A stretch of 64,000 bases of DNA from Candidatus Bipolaricaulota bacterium (GCA_028278555.1 JANQEA010000035.1:152089-216088), one strand, 5' to 3'. Positions 1 to 9,140 are shown, counted from the stretch's first letter. Notes: generated from the letters alone by a model not told the origin. Made by a program: numbers and translations.

Positions 1-191
1 CGAATTCCTCGCCTTCCGGGCCGGCGAGGAAGACGAATCCCTCCTCGTCTATCGCTCCGACTTCTTCCCCGACGGGATCGAGATCGCCAGCGTCACCTCC
101 CTCCGCTAGCCTGCGTGCTGCTACGCAGCACTCTCCTTGTCGCACAGATCGACACTCGGTAGCCTTCCCCTAGCAGTTCGAAAGGGATGGG

Positions 192-1100
192 ATGCTCATC
201 ATGCGAAGCGGATTCCGTCGAGCGATCGTTCTTGCGTTCACGCTCGCCTGTGCCCTTCCGATCGCGGGGTCGGAGACCGAGTTGGCCCCTCTTCGCATCG
301 GCATCTTCGCCGACCTCCACGCGCACGACACAAACTCGCCGCTCGACGACTTCGTCCTGGCGAACTGGGCCGAGCGGCTGCAGGCCTGCGTCGACGCGAT
401 GAACGCCTGGCCGGCCGATCTGATGATCCAGATGGGTGATTTCGTCAACGGCCGGTTCGTCCTCGGGGCGGAGTTCGGCGATCCGGAACGGATCCCCGCG
501 ATCCTCGAGGCGGCCGAGGCGGTCTACGCCGGGTTCGACGGCCCGCGGCATCACGTCCTCGGCAACCACGACGTCGAGGACCTGACCAAGGCCGAGTTCC
601 TCGAGCGGGTCAACGTCGACGCGACGTCCTACTCGTTCGACGCCGGCGCCTACCACTTCGTCGTTCTCGACGCGCAGTACCGCCCGGACGGGACCGATCG
701 GGAGAACGAGTTCTGGTTCATGCAGGGCTACGTCCCGCCACCCCTCCTCGAATGGCTCCGCGACGACCTCGCTGCGACCGACCGGCCGACAATCGTCTGC
801 GTGCATCAGCGGCTCGATCTCGACTTCGAGATCCGCCACGGTGGACCGGAGATCGCCAACCATACCGAGGTCCGCGACGTCCTCGTCGAGGCGGGGAACG
901 TCATCTGCGTCTTCCACGGACACGACCACTGGGGCGGCTACTCGGAGATCGACGGGATCCACTACGTCACGTTCAACGCGCTCCTCGACATGTCGTGGGG
1001 AAAGCCACACACGTGGGCTTTCGTCACCCTCGATCCGGCAGCACGGACGATCACCGTCGAAGGCGCCGGCGAGCAGCCGAACCTGATGCTCGACTACTAG
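192..1100 (+). CDS. Secreted calcineurin-like metallophosphoesterase
   Basis: Carries the GDFVNG, GNHD and GHDH phosphoesterase motifs. The N-terminus has a signal or lipoprotein-like peptide (MLIMRSGFRRAIVLAFTLACALPIAG). Assignment follows established knowledge of the MPP family motifs. Confidence 0.75.
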   Translation: MLIMRSGFRRAIVLAFTLACALPIAGSETELAPLRIGIFADLHAHDTNSPLDDFVLANWAERLQACVDAMNAWPADLMIQMGDFVNGRFVLGAEFGDPERIPAILEAAEAVYAGFDGPRHHVLGNHDVEDLTKAEFLERVNVDATSYSFDAGAYHFVVLDAQYRPDGTDRENEFWFMQGYVPPPLLEWLRDDLAATDRPTIVCVHQRLDLDFEIRHGGPEIANHTEVRDVLVEAGNVICVFHGHDHWGGYSEIDGIHYVTFNALLDMSWGKPHTWAFVTLDPAARTITVEGAGEQPNLMLDY

Positions 1101-1111
1101 GAGGTCCCTTG

Positions 1112-2101
1112 ATGAAGGCGTTCGTCACAGGCGGAACCGGGTTCCTGGGAGCCAACGTCGTCCGCGATCTGCTCGAACGGAACATCGGCGTCCGCGCCCT
1201 CTGCCGGCCGACGCCGTCGCGCGGAAACCTCGAGGGCCTCGACGTCGAGATCGTCGAGGGGGATCTTCGTGATGTGCAGTCGCTCCGCCGCGGGATGGCC
1301 GGCTGCGAGCTCGTCTTCCACGTCGGCGCCCTCTACTCGTTCTGGGTCCGACCTCCCGGTCTGATCTACGAGGTCAACGTCGATGGAACGCGGAACGTCT
1401 TCGACGCCGCCCTCGAAGAGGGGATCGCGCGGGTCGTCTACACGAGCTCGGTCGCGGCACTCGGCCTCCGCGACAATGGACATCCGGCCGACGAGACGAC
1501 CGCGACGTCACTCGCCGAGGTCGTCGGCGACTACAAGAAGACGAAGTACCTCGCCGAGCAGATCGCGCTCGAGTACAGCGCGAAGCTCCCGATCGTCATC
1601 GTCAATCCGAGCTTCCCGGTCGGACCGTGGGACGCGAAGCCGACTCCGACCGGCCAGACGATCGTCGACTTCCTCAACCGGAAGATGCCCGCCTACCTCG
1701 ATACCGGGATGAACGTCGTCGACGCCCAGGACGTCGCTCTCGGCCACTGGCTGGCCCTCGAGAAGGGGACGGTCGGCGAACGGTACATCCTCGGTGGCGA
1801 AAACGTGACGATGAAGGGGCTGTTGGATCTGCTCGCCGAGATCACCGGGTTGCCATCACCTAGAATCAGGCTCCCGTACACGCCGATCCTCGCGATGTCC
1901 TACCTAAACGCCGGGTTCTGCAAGCTCTTTCCTCGGATCACCCCGCGGATGACGCCGGAGACGATCCGGATGTCGAGCCACTACATGTACTTCGATCCGA
2001 CCAAGGCCGTCCGAGAGCTCGGTTTCCCGCAGACCCCTGCCAAGGACGCCCTCGCCAAGGCCGTCGACTGGTATGGGGAGAATGGGTACGTGAAGAACTG
2101 A
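1112..2101 (+). CDS. NAD-dependent epimerase/dehydratase family protein (HpnA/dihydroflavonol-reductase-like)
   Basis: N-terminus carries the GGTGFLGANV Rossmann motif and the product is about 330 aa. An AGGAGG ribosome-binding site sits 7 nt upstream of the ATG at 1112. The ORF track frame 752..2101 is too long at its 5' end. Confidence 0.8.
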   Translation: MKAFVTGGTGFLGANVVRDLLERNIGVRALCRPTPSRGNLEGLDVEIVEGDLRDVQSLRRGMAGCELVFHVGALYSFWVRPPGLIYEVNVDGTRNVFDAALEEGIARVVYTSSVAALGLRDNGHPADETTATSLAEVVGDYKKTKYLAEQIALEYSAKLPIVIVNPSFPVGPWDAKPTPTGQTIVDFLNRKMPAYLDTGMNVVDAQDVALGHWLALEKGTVGERYILGGENVTMKGLLDLLAEITGLPSPRIRLPYTPILAMSYLNAGFCKLFPRITPRMTPETIRMSSHYMYFDPTKAVRELGFPQTPAKDALAKAVDWYGENGYVKN

Positions 2102-2250
2102 GAGGCGGAAGTATTCGACGCGTGGCAGCTGTGAAACATCGACTTTCCACTCTCAGCGCTACGCTCACTCGACTCGCAGCGCCTGGAACACCGTCAGATC
2201 AACACTGTCTCTTCGAGCAGCGGCTTCTTGACTCTGATCGAAAGGATCAA

Positions 2251-3579
2251 CTACGGCAGCTTCTTGAGAATGGCCTTGATCTTCGAATCCAGCTTGTTCT
2301 TGAGAGTAGTGATGTTCGGGTAGAACACCACCGCGAAGTCCTTGATGTCGAAATGGAGCATCGTTCCTTCTCTTGCAGTAAAGATGACTCTCTTGTTGAC
2401 GCCGTGAGTGTATCCGATTTCGTAATAGACATTGGGTCTTTCGTGCGTGAGATCCGCAATGACGAATTGCGCTGAATCTATCGATTCCATGATCTTGTCA
2501 GTTATCTTCTCCGTATCCTCAACATCATCGACCCTGTAGGCCTTCAGATCGTTCTCTTCACATACCTCCTTGATCGCAGCGTGAACATCGTCCAGGCCTG
2601 GATCTTCCTTTGTCATGGCCATGATGATGAACACCTCTCTCGATAGCTGCGGTATCCCCGCACCGGTTTCTGCAGATGCCACAACTCCACCTCCCAATTC
2701 CCGATACAGATTAGCCAGCTTCTCCTGCTCAGCTGCAAGTTGGTGAGGTGTCTTCTTGCTTGAGTGCAAATCCTCGACCAGACTTGCAAGCCGAGCATAG
2801 CTCTGAAGCCATGCCTCTGCGATGAACCCAATCCAACGATTGTGATCCTCCACTTCGTCTACAGCGAGCAGTTCCTCGTAGTACTCAGCTCTGTTTCCCA
2901 GAAAGAAGCGATCGGTACCAATGAGCGTATGGTCGAGTCTGTATCCACCAATGAGCATAGCATAATTCGCTAGTAGACGCGCAACACGCCCGTTTCCATC
3001 TAGAAACGGGTGGATTCGGGCAATCCCGTAGTGCACAACAGCTGAGACTACCACCGGGTTAGCATCGGGATTGGATTTCACCCAGTGCAGCATAGCCTGG
3101 AGAGCAAGCGAAACTGTCTCTGGCTTCGGCGGAGTGTAGAGGATCTTGCGGTCCGGCATTCTGATAACGTAATTCTGTACTTCACGCAGCTTTCCTCCGC
3201 CGCTTCCGGGAGTGAGGCGTCGGTGGGCCTCCTGGATGAGCGGAAGACTGATGGGCGCGTCTTCTGCCGCACAATCCATTAGGTATTCGATCGCCTCTGC
3301 GTAAGCTTGAATCTCGTGTCCAGATACACCAGCATCGGGCGTGCGGATACCCCGGGGGATGCCCAGAGGGGTGTCTATCCCTGTAGCCGATAGGAACTCA
3401 CCAGATTGAAGAATGCTGATAATCTCGTCCCGGTTCTTGGAAATCGACAGTACTGTTTGAACGTAGGTGTAGTGACGCGTGATTCCCTGTAGCTTTGAGA
3501 CTAGATCAGGAGTGTAGCTGAACTCGATGCTGAAACTGTCAGTCATCTTGGACTCTGCGTTTCTCTCAACGACAGACAT
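2251..3579 (-). CDS. Fic/DOC (AMPylase-type) domain fused to a C-terminal nucleoside 2-deoxyribosyltransferase/TIR-like Rossmannoid domain
   Basis: The canonical Fic motif HPFLDGNGRVARLL sits at about residues 190-203. Residues about 316-442 carry FVIADLTHERPNVYYEIGYTHGVNKRVIF, typical of the NDT/TIR-like fold with a conserved Glu. GC is about 45-50% against about 67% in the flanks. An alternative start is MTDSFS at 3546. Confidence 0.7.
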   Translation of the reverse strand: MSVVERNAESKMTDSFSIEFSYTPDLVSKLQGITRHYTYVQTVLSISKNRDEIISILQSGEFLSATGIDTPLGIPRGIRTPDAGVSGHEIQAYAEAIEYLMDCAAEDAPISLPLIQEAHRRLTPGSGGGKLREVQNYVIRMPDRKILYTPPKPETVSLALQAMLHWVKSNPDANPVVVSAVVHYGIARIHPFLDGNGRVARLLANYAMLIGGYRLDHTLIGTDRFFLGNRAEYYEELLAVDEVEDHNRWIGFIAEAWLQSYARLASLVEDLHSSKKTPHQLAAEQEKLANLYRELGGGVVASAETGAGIPQLSREVFIIMAMTKEDPGLDDVHAAIKEVCEENDLKAYRVDDVEDTEKITDKIMESIDSAQFVIADLTHERPNVYYEIGYTHGVNKRVIFTAREGTMLHFDIKDFAVVFYPNITTLKNKLDSKIKAILKKLP

Positions 3580-3865
3580 GGTGAGACATCAGACACGCCA
3601 TTCGAGCCTCCCTTCGCTGAACCCAGACTGCCGCCACATGTTCTGACTCTCTCCCATACCAGATTACCACTGGAACTCGCGCAGTGTAGGTTACCATTGT
3701 GGAGTACGTCGATCAATGCTCCGCCAGCGAGCCAACTTCCCCCCACCTCTTCAGCCTTGCTTGAGAATCGCAATCCCATCTCCCACAGGCCGCAGCGGCC
3801 TCTGAACGGCGCGGCGTATCTCGTACTACTCGTTGATGCCGTGCAGACAGAATGCCGCCTCCAGT

Positions 3866-4246
3866 TCATCTCCTACGGAGCGGGTGCTTCCGCGCCTTCA
3901 GTGTCAGCAGACCGAACGCAATGAGCCCTGCTATTAAGGACGCGATGAATGAGAACTCCAGCTCCGGCCATGGTTTTGCTTCAAGCTGAAGACCACAGAA
4001 CGGAGCAATGAATCCGACGGCGATAGCAGCTGCAATGCCCAGGCTCAAACTCGCCATCGCACGTGTCAGAAGGTCACGCGCAAGCGATCTTCCGATTTGC
4101 AGGGCGGCCAGACCAACCAGTGCGCCAACAAGCAGATCCCAGCTGTCGTAGGTGCCAGGCGCATACTCGACTGCAAGTAACGCAGCTAGAAGGGTAGCTC
4201 CCGCCGCTCCACGGCCGACGGTAGTTTCTTGAGTCGCGTTTCTCAC
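3866..4246 (-). CDS. Small membrane protein, about 127 aa with roughly 3 predicted TM helices, hypothetical
   Basis: A GAGGAGGAG ribosome-binding site sits 5 nt upstream of the GTG start at 4246. Hydrophobic segments are TLLAALLAV, LLVGALVGLAAL, LGIAAAIAVGFIAPF and FIASLIAGLIAFGLL. It lies inside the low-GC island next to the Fic fusion gene. The ORF track gives a longer version, 3866..4309. Confidence 0.45.
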   Translation of the reverse strand: MRNATQETTVGRGAAGATLLAALLAVEYAPGTYDSWDLLVGALVGLAALQIGRSLARDLLTRAMASLSLGIAAAIAVGFIAPFCGLQLEAKPWPELEFSFIASLIAGLIAFGLLTLKARKHPLRRR

Positions 4247-4375
4247 TAGTACTCCTCCTCTCGCGATCCTCTCCCACACGCGCATCGGCATCAATGATTT
4301 CTGAGCCAATCCTGCGGATGAGGACTTGCTCGATCAAGAGCGACTACCATCCCGCTCGGAGCATCCCTGCAAGAT

Positions 4376-4773
4376 TCACTCGAACACGTTGCCAGTGACG
4401 TTCCCTGCGGCATCGGTTTCTAGCAGTCCTTTGGACGAATCCAGGAGTACGAGTTCATTCTCTCACGAGTCGCGAACCACGACGCAACGACCGATCCGGA
4501 TGTCGAACGGTTGGGCAACTGTCGTACCGCCCGCTTCCGTGAAGCAGACAGCGGCCTCGTCGGCGTTCGATACCTTTAGGTCGATCTCGGGCGGCTTGGG
4601 CTCCGTGTGAAGCACGATCTCCGTTTCGTCCTTCCCTAGCGCTAGCCAACCTCATCTTCGGTCCGCCAAAGGAGTTCCAGCCTAAGCTTGTCTCGGTAGA
4701 ACGACAGACCCGATTCGAGGTCGTCCACGGACAGCTGCACACAATCCACCTTCTCGATGAGCGGTTCGGTCAC
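4376..4773 (-). pseudogene. VOC/glyoxalase-family gene disrupted by a frameshift and in-frame stops
   Basis: The N-terminal frame reads VTEPLIEKVDCVQLSVDDLESGLSFYRDKLRLELLWRTEDEVG* with a GGAGGA ribosome-binding site before a GTG. The C-terminal part is in another frame (LHTEPKPPEIDLKVSNADEAAVCFTEAGGTTVAQPFDIRIGRCVVVRDS*ENELVLLD) with a TGA where Trp or Pro is expected. The break coincides with the palindrome CTAGCGCTAG. Confidence 0.5.
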
Positions 4774-4790
4774 GGTTTCCTCCGGAGTCT

Positions 4791-6170
4791 CTACCTCTTC
4801 AGCGCAGCCTTGACCAGCTGCCGACCTAGATCCCAGAGTCCGCCGCGGAGCTTGTGCGCTTTGTCGAGGGTCGCGTCAATGGCTGAGAGCGCGAAGTCCA
4901 CATCCTCGTCCGAGAGGATCAGCGGCGGGAGGAACTTGATGATGTTCACCCGGTGGCCCGACACCTGGGTGAGGAGCCGGTGGTCGCGCATCAGACCCAT
5001 GACAACGAGCTGGGCGAAGAGCCCGGCCTGCATCGTTTCGAGCGCCTTCCACGCCGCCTTCAGCTTGAGCGACTTCGGTGGCCCGAACTCCATCCCGATC
5101 ATCAGTCCCTTCCCGCGGACGTCGTGGAGCATCTCGTACCGCGACTGCATGTCACGGAGGCCGGCGAGGAGCCGCTCCCCCTGCCGAGCGGCATTCTCGA
5201 TCAGGTTCTCCGACTCCAGCACTTCGAGCGTCGCTAGGCCTGCCCCCATCGCCAGCTCGTTCATCCCGAACGTGTTCGAGTGGACGACGCACCGCTCGAG
5301 TCCGGAGAACGTCTTCTTGTGCAGGTCGCGGCGGATCAGGATCGCGCCGACCGGGATGAACCCGCCGGAGAGGGCCTTCGAGATCGGAACGATGTCCGGT
5401 TCGAGGCCCCAATGCTCGCCGCCGAAGAAGCGGCCGGTCCGGCCGAGTCCGGCCTGGATCTCGTCGACGATGAAGACCGTCCCGTGCTTCCGGCAGAGCC
5501 GCTGCGCCTCGGGGAGGTACTCGTCGTCCGGCATGTAGACGCCCTTTCCCTGGATCGGCTCGGCGATGAACGCGGCCACATCCGCGCGCTCAAGCTCGCG
5601 CTTGAGCGCGTTCAGGTCGTTCAACGGGACGCCCGTGGAGGGAAGGAGCTGTCCGAACCCCTCGCGGAAGTGCGGGCTCCCGTTCACCGAGAGGGCCCCG
5701 AGGGTGAGTCCATGGAACGCGTGATCGATGTAGACGAACCGGTCACGCTTCGTCGCGGCACGGGAGAACTTCAGCGATCCCTCGACCGCTTCGGCCCCGG
5801 AGTTGGTGAAGAAGACAGCGTCGAGCCCAGGGTAGCTACGCTGGGCCCGTTCGGTCAGTCGCTCGGCGAGGAGGCCGGCGAGGAGCGGACAGTCCATCTG
5901 GATCAGGTTTGGCCGATCGAGGTCGAGCAGTTGGTGAAGGGTCTCCTTCAGGACCGGATGGCTCCGGCCGACCTGGTAGACGCCGTAGCCGGAGAGGAAG
6001 TCGAGGTACCGATTCCCACCGTCGTCGTAGAGGTACGCCCCCTCGCCGCGTGTGTAGGCTACGTCGTAGTCGATGATCTGCAGGACCCTCGCCAACGCCG
6101 GATTGACGTGGCGCTTGTGCAATTCGATTTGTTCCCCGAGCCGTTCTTCGATCAGCTTCGCGATCTCCAT
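4791..6170 (-). CDS. Class III pyridoxal-phosphate aminotransferase (ornithine/GABA/putrescine aminotransferase-like)
   Basis: A 459-aa product with class III transaminase motifs (FTNSGAEAVE, DEIQAGLGRTG, pyridoxal-phosphate Lys region SKALSGG). Confidence 0.85.
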   Translation of the reverse strand: MEIAKLIEERLGEQIELHKRHVNPALARVLQIIDYDVAYTRGEGAYLYDDGGNRYLDFLSGYGVYQVGRSHPVLKETLHQLLDLDRPNLIQMDCPLLAGLLAERLTERAQRSYPGLDAVFFTNSGAEAVEGSLKFSRAATKRDRFVYIDHAFHGLTLGALSVNGSPHFREGFGQLLPSTGVPLNDLNALKRELERADVAAFIAEPIQGKGVYMPDDEYLPEAQRLCRKHGTVFIVDEIQAGLGRTGRFFGGEHWGLEPDIVPISKALSGGFIPVGAILIRRDLHKKTFSGLERCVVHSNTFGMNELAMGAGLATLEVLESENLIENAARQGERLLAGLRDMQSRYEMLHDVRGKGLMIGMEFGPPKSLKLKAAWKALETMQAGLFAQLVVMGLMRDHRLLTQVSGHRVNIIKFLPPLILSDEDVDFALSAIDATLDKAHKLRGGLWDLGRQLVKAALKR

Positions 6171-6239
6171 CCCCCACCTCCGGATCGATCATACCACTGC
6201 CGGCTCGCCCGGGTGCCGCTCGCTGGGTATCCTGACCGC

Positions 6240-7112
6240 GTGTCCGGTTCGAGGGGGTTCGCCATCCGATCGGTCTTCGCTGCAGCGCTCGTGCTGTTGG
6301 CTGTCTCGCTCTTGATCTTCGCCGACGAGCCAGACGCTGAGGCGCTCCTCGCCAAGGCCGACGCGGCCTACGATCGGTGGAGCGAACCGTTCGACTTCGC
6401 CGTCTACGAGATCGCCCTCCGCGAGGCGATCGACCTGTGGGAAGAGGCTCTTCCGCTACTGCCCGACGAGGAGCCGGCAACGCGGATCCGCGTTCTCAAT
6501 CGCCTAGCGCAGGCGTTGTTCGAACTCGCGACGGCGTACCAACCCGAGCCGCGCGATCGAGAGGCGACCTTCGAGCGTGCCCGGGACTTCGGCCTGCAAG
6601 CGCTCGAGCTCGATCCTGCATTCGTCGCGACGCGCGAGGCGGACGGCTTCCGCGCTGCCCTTCGCGCGGCGACCGACGTGAAGACGATCTTCTGGTACGG
6701 GAACACGCTCGGTTCGTGGCTCGACTTCCACCGAATGAAGGCGATCTTCGGCGGCGTTCGTGACGTCGGTGCAGCGTTCGAGCGGTCGATTGAGATCGAC
6801 GAGACCTACGATGGCGGCGGGCCGCACCGAGCGATGGGCATCTTCATCGCCCAGGCCCACTTCCTCGTCGGGAAGAGCCGCGCCGATTCGGTCGTCCACT
6901 TCGAACGGTCGATCGAAATCGATCCGACCTACCTCGAGAACTACGTGAACTACGCCGAGTACTACGCACGAGGGACCGACGACGAGCTGTTCGATCGGCT
7001 GATCGAGACCGTGCTCGCAGCGGCCGAGGATCCGGCGATCGTCGGCGCCCATCCGCTCTACAACCACCTCGCGATCGAACGGGCGCGCGGACTCGCCGCC
7101 AACCGGAAGTAG
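6240..7112 (+). CDS. Secreted TPR-like helical-repeat protein, hypothetical
   Basis: Start inferred at GTG 6240 because it gives a signal peptide (SGSRGFAIRSVFAAALVLLAVSLLIFA). The ORF track frame 5280..7112 is mostly antisense to the aminotransferase. The product is helical and repeat-rich. Confidence 0.5.
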   Translation: MSGSRGFAIRSVFAAALVLLAVSLLIFADEPDAEALLAKADAAYDRWSEPFDFAVYEIALREAIDLWEEALPLLPDEEPATRIRVLNRLAQALFELATAYQPEPRDREATFERARDFGLQALELDPAFVATREADGFRAALRAATDVKTIFWYGNTLGSWLDFHRMKAIFGGVRDVGAAFERSIEIDETYDGGGPHRAMGIFIAQAHFLVGKSRADSVVHFERSIEIDPTYLENYVNYAEYYARGTDDELFDRLIETVLAAAEDPAIVGAHPLYNHLAIERARGLAANRK

Positions 7113-7138
7113 GGCGACCTCGAGCGGAGTCCGCCCGC

Positions 7139-7831
7139 CTATTCAACGCGCCCGAGACGGGTGACGGCTTCGTAGGCGACCATGTAGCTCGCCGCGTGCA
7201 GCGGGCCGAGGAAGAGCGTCCCACTGAGCAGGATGAACAGCTCGATCGCCCAGGGCGGGATGACCGGGGCTTCCGCAATCGCGGAGAGCCCGAAGACGAT
7301 CCCCAGGACGATCGTCGGGAGGATCAGCAACAGGCTGATCCCGAAGAGTGTCCCGCGGTAGCCGGAGGTCAACTCCTTGCTCCGACGCATCGCCTCCCGT
7401 GCCCGGACAGGTGGGCCATGGGGGTTCTGCACCTCCCGATCGAGGACGACGATCGGCGCCCATGAGAACATGAGCGCGAAGACAATCGCCGGGATGACGA
7501 GCAGAACGAACCCGCCAGCGATCGCCAGGATCGTCAGAGTCTGGACGCCGGCGATCGGCGCCCAGTGCCTGAACCCCCGGAAGAGATCACGGAAGGTCGC
7601 GGGCTCGTTGCGCACGGTCTGCAGCGCGAGGAAGTACTGTCCGGCGTAGAGCGGCGCAAGCAGGACGACGTACAGCACCAGATCGAGCCAGACCCACAGA
7701 CCCGAGTCGGGGAGCACGAGGTCGATCGCCTGCTGCACTGCGAGAATGACCAGCCACGCGCCGAGGAGAAGCGGCAGCCGTCGGACGATCACGTCGACAC
7801 CCTCCCGAAGGCAAGACCACACGGAAATCAT
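7139..7831 (-). CDS. Polytopic membrane protein, hypothetical
   Basis: Has about 6 hydrophobic helices. Start chosen at the ATG (MISVWSCL) preceded by an AGGGGGGAT ribosome-binding site. The track ORF 7139..7891 is longer. Confidence 0.5.
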   Translation of the reverse strand: MISVWSCLREGVDVIVRRLPLLLGAWLVILAVQQAIDLVLPDSGLWVWLDLVLYVVLLAPLYAGQYFLALQTVRNEPATFRDLFRGFRHWAPIAGVQTLTILAIAGGFVLLVIPAIVFALMFSWAPIVVLDREVQNPHGPPVRAREAMRRSKELTSGYRGTLFGISLLLILPTIVLGIVFGLSAIAEAPVIPPWAIELFILLSGTLFLGPLHAASYMVAYEAVTRLGRVE

Positions 7832-7902
7832 TGAATCCCCCCTAACGTCAGGAAGTACAACGAGAATAGCGGGGCCACCTGAGGCCGACAAGCGCGCGGC
7901 GG

Positions 7903-8442
7903 CTAGACGAGCCGGAGGCCCATCTCGGGCAGCTCGTCCCTCGTCTTGAAGCCGAGGTTTTCGTACAGGTTCCGTCCATCGCGCGATGCGTGGAGGCTGG
8001 CTGTCGGCACCCCTTCGGATCGGAGGACGGCGAAGACATGTTCCAACAGCGCGCGGGCGATCCCCCGCCGGCGCCAGTCCGGAAGGGTCACGAGGTTCAT
8101 GATATAGCCTTCCTTGCCGACGCGGTTGGACGGACCCGGCGGGATCGAGTGGACGACGAGACCAATGCTACCGACAAGCTCACCATCGCAAGTTCCGGCT
8201 TCATCGGAACTTGCCCCGGGCTTGATGCCGCTCTCGTCGGCATCAAGCGCGACGGCGATCCAGACGCGGAAGACCTCCGTCGGGAGGGTCGCTTCGAAGT
8301 AGGCACAGCAGTCGCCGCGGATCCTCTCCCGGTTCTCCTCGTCGAGGAGGTCCATCGCGTCGAACATCGCCATTCGCAGGTCGACCAGGCGTTCGATCTC
8401 ATCGACGGCCGCCTGCCGGATCGTCCACTCGGGTGACGTCAT
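7903..8442 (-). CDS. GNAT family N-acetyltransferase
   Basis: Contains the acetyl-CoA binding motif region RRRGIARALLEHV and is 179 aa. Its start overlaps the upstream methyltransferase stop (ATGA). Confidence 0.8.
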   Translation of the reverse strand: MTSPEWTIRQAAVDEIERLVDLRMAMFDAMDLLDEENRERIRGDCCAYFEATLPTEVFRVWIAVALDADESGIKPGASSDEAGTCDGELVGSIGLVVHSIPPGPSNRVGKEGYIMNLVTLPDWRRRGIARALLEHVFAVLRSEGVPTASLHASRDGRNLYENLGFKTRDELPEMGLRLV

Positions 8443-9140
8443 GGTTTCCTCGCGACGTACAGCCCGCGGCCGGTCAGGCCCTCCGGATCATGCCGGACGT
8501 CGAGTCCGGCGGCGATGAACGCCTCGGTCATCTCCTCGACCGTGTACAGGCCGAGTTCGTGGTGCTCGACGACGTGCTCCGTCTTCTCCGGCGTCCCGAT
8601 CAAGTGATGGAGATCGAAGATCGAAACGTGTCCCTCGACGGCACTCGAGTTGATCCGCGCAATCTTCAGCTCCGGATCGTCGATGAACATGCCGTGAACG
8701 GAGTTTGGCATCCACGCGTCCGGCGTGATCCACGGCTCGATGATCAGCAGGCCGCCCGGAACGAGGTGGTCGGCCATCCGGCCGATCGCACGGTGAAGGT
8801 CGTCGTGAGTCGTCATGTAGCCGATCGAGCTGAACAGGCAGGTGATGACGTCGTAGCGCGTCTCAAGCTCGAACGTCTGCATGTCGGCGGCGTGGTACGT
8901 CAGCTCCGGGCTCCGCTCTCGGGCGATGGCGAGCAGATCCGGCGAAAGATCGAGTCCCTCGGCGTCGAAGTGCGCCTTCAGGTGTTCCAGGTGGAGCCCG
9001 GTCCCGCAGGCGACGTCGAGAAGTCGCCGCCCGCCGGTCTGAAGCTCGGCCTCGACGATCGCGACGACCTTCGCCGCCTCGGCGGCGTAGTCCTTGAATG
9101 CGTAGATCCGATCGTAGTAGCGCGCTGTCTGAGCGAACAT
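8439..9140 (-). CDS. Class I SAM-dependent methyltransferase
   Basis: Carries motif I LLDVACGTGLH and is 233 aa. Confidence 0.8.
   Translation of the reverse strand: MFAQTARYYDRIYAFKDYAAEAAKVVAIVEAELQTGGRRLLDVACGTGLHLEHLKAHFDAEGLDLSPDLLAIARERSPELTYHAADMQTFELETRYDVITCLFSSIGYMTTHDDLHRAIGRMADHLVPGGLLIIEPWITPDAWMPNSVHGMFIDDPELKIARINSSAVEGHVSIFDLHHLIGTPEKTEHVVEHHELGLYTVEEMTEAFIAAGLDVRHDPEGLTGRGLYVARKP

Noticed and set aside
3543-3869. A 108-aa ORF (and its 78-aa subset) between the membrane-protein gene and the Fic gene, as a candidate FicA-like antitoxin.
   Set aside because: It overlaps both neighbouring genes and has no ribosome-binding site with proper spacing. Its composition is Ser/Gly/Arg-rich and non-protein-like, and it has no (S/T)xxxE(G/N) inhibitory motif.
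4376-4400. The in-frame TGA in the VOC gene as a selenocysteine codon.
   Set aside because: The gene also carries a frameshift and additional stops, VOC enzymes are not selenoproteins, and no SECIS-like hairpin follows the TGA.
5280-6239. The 5' portion of the 610-aa ORF 5280..7112.
   Set aside because: This part is antisense to the class III aminotransferase and has a nonsense-like composition. Only the 3' portion, about 6240-7112, which has a signal peptide, is a plausible gene.
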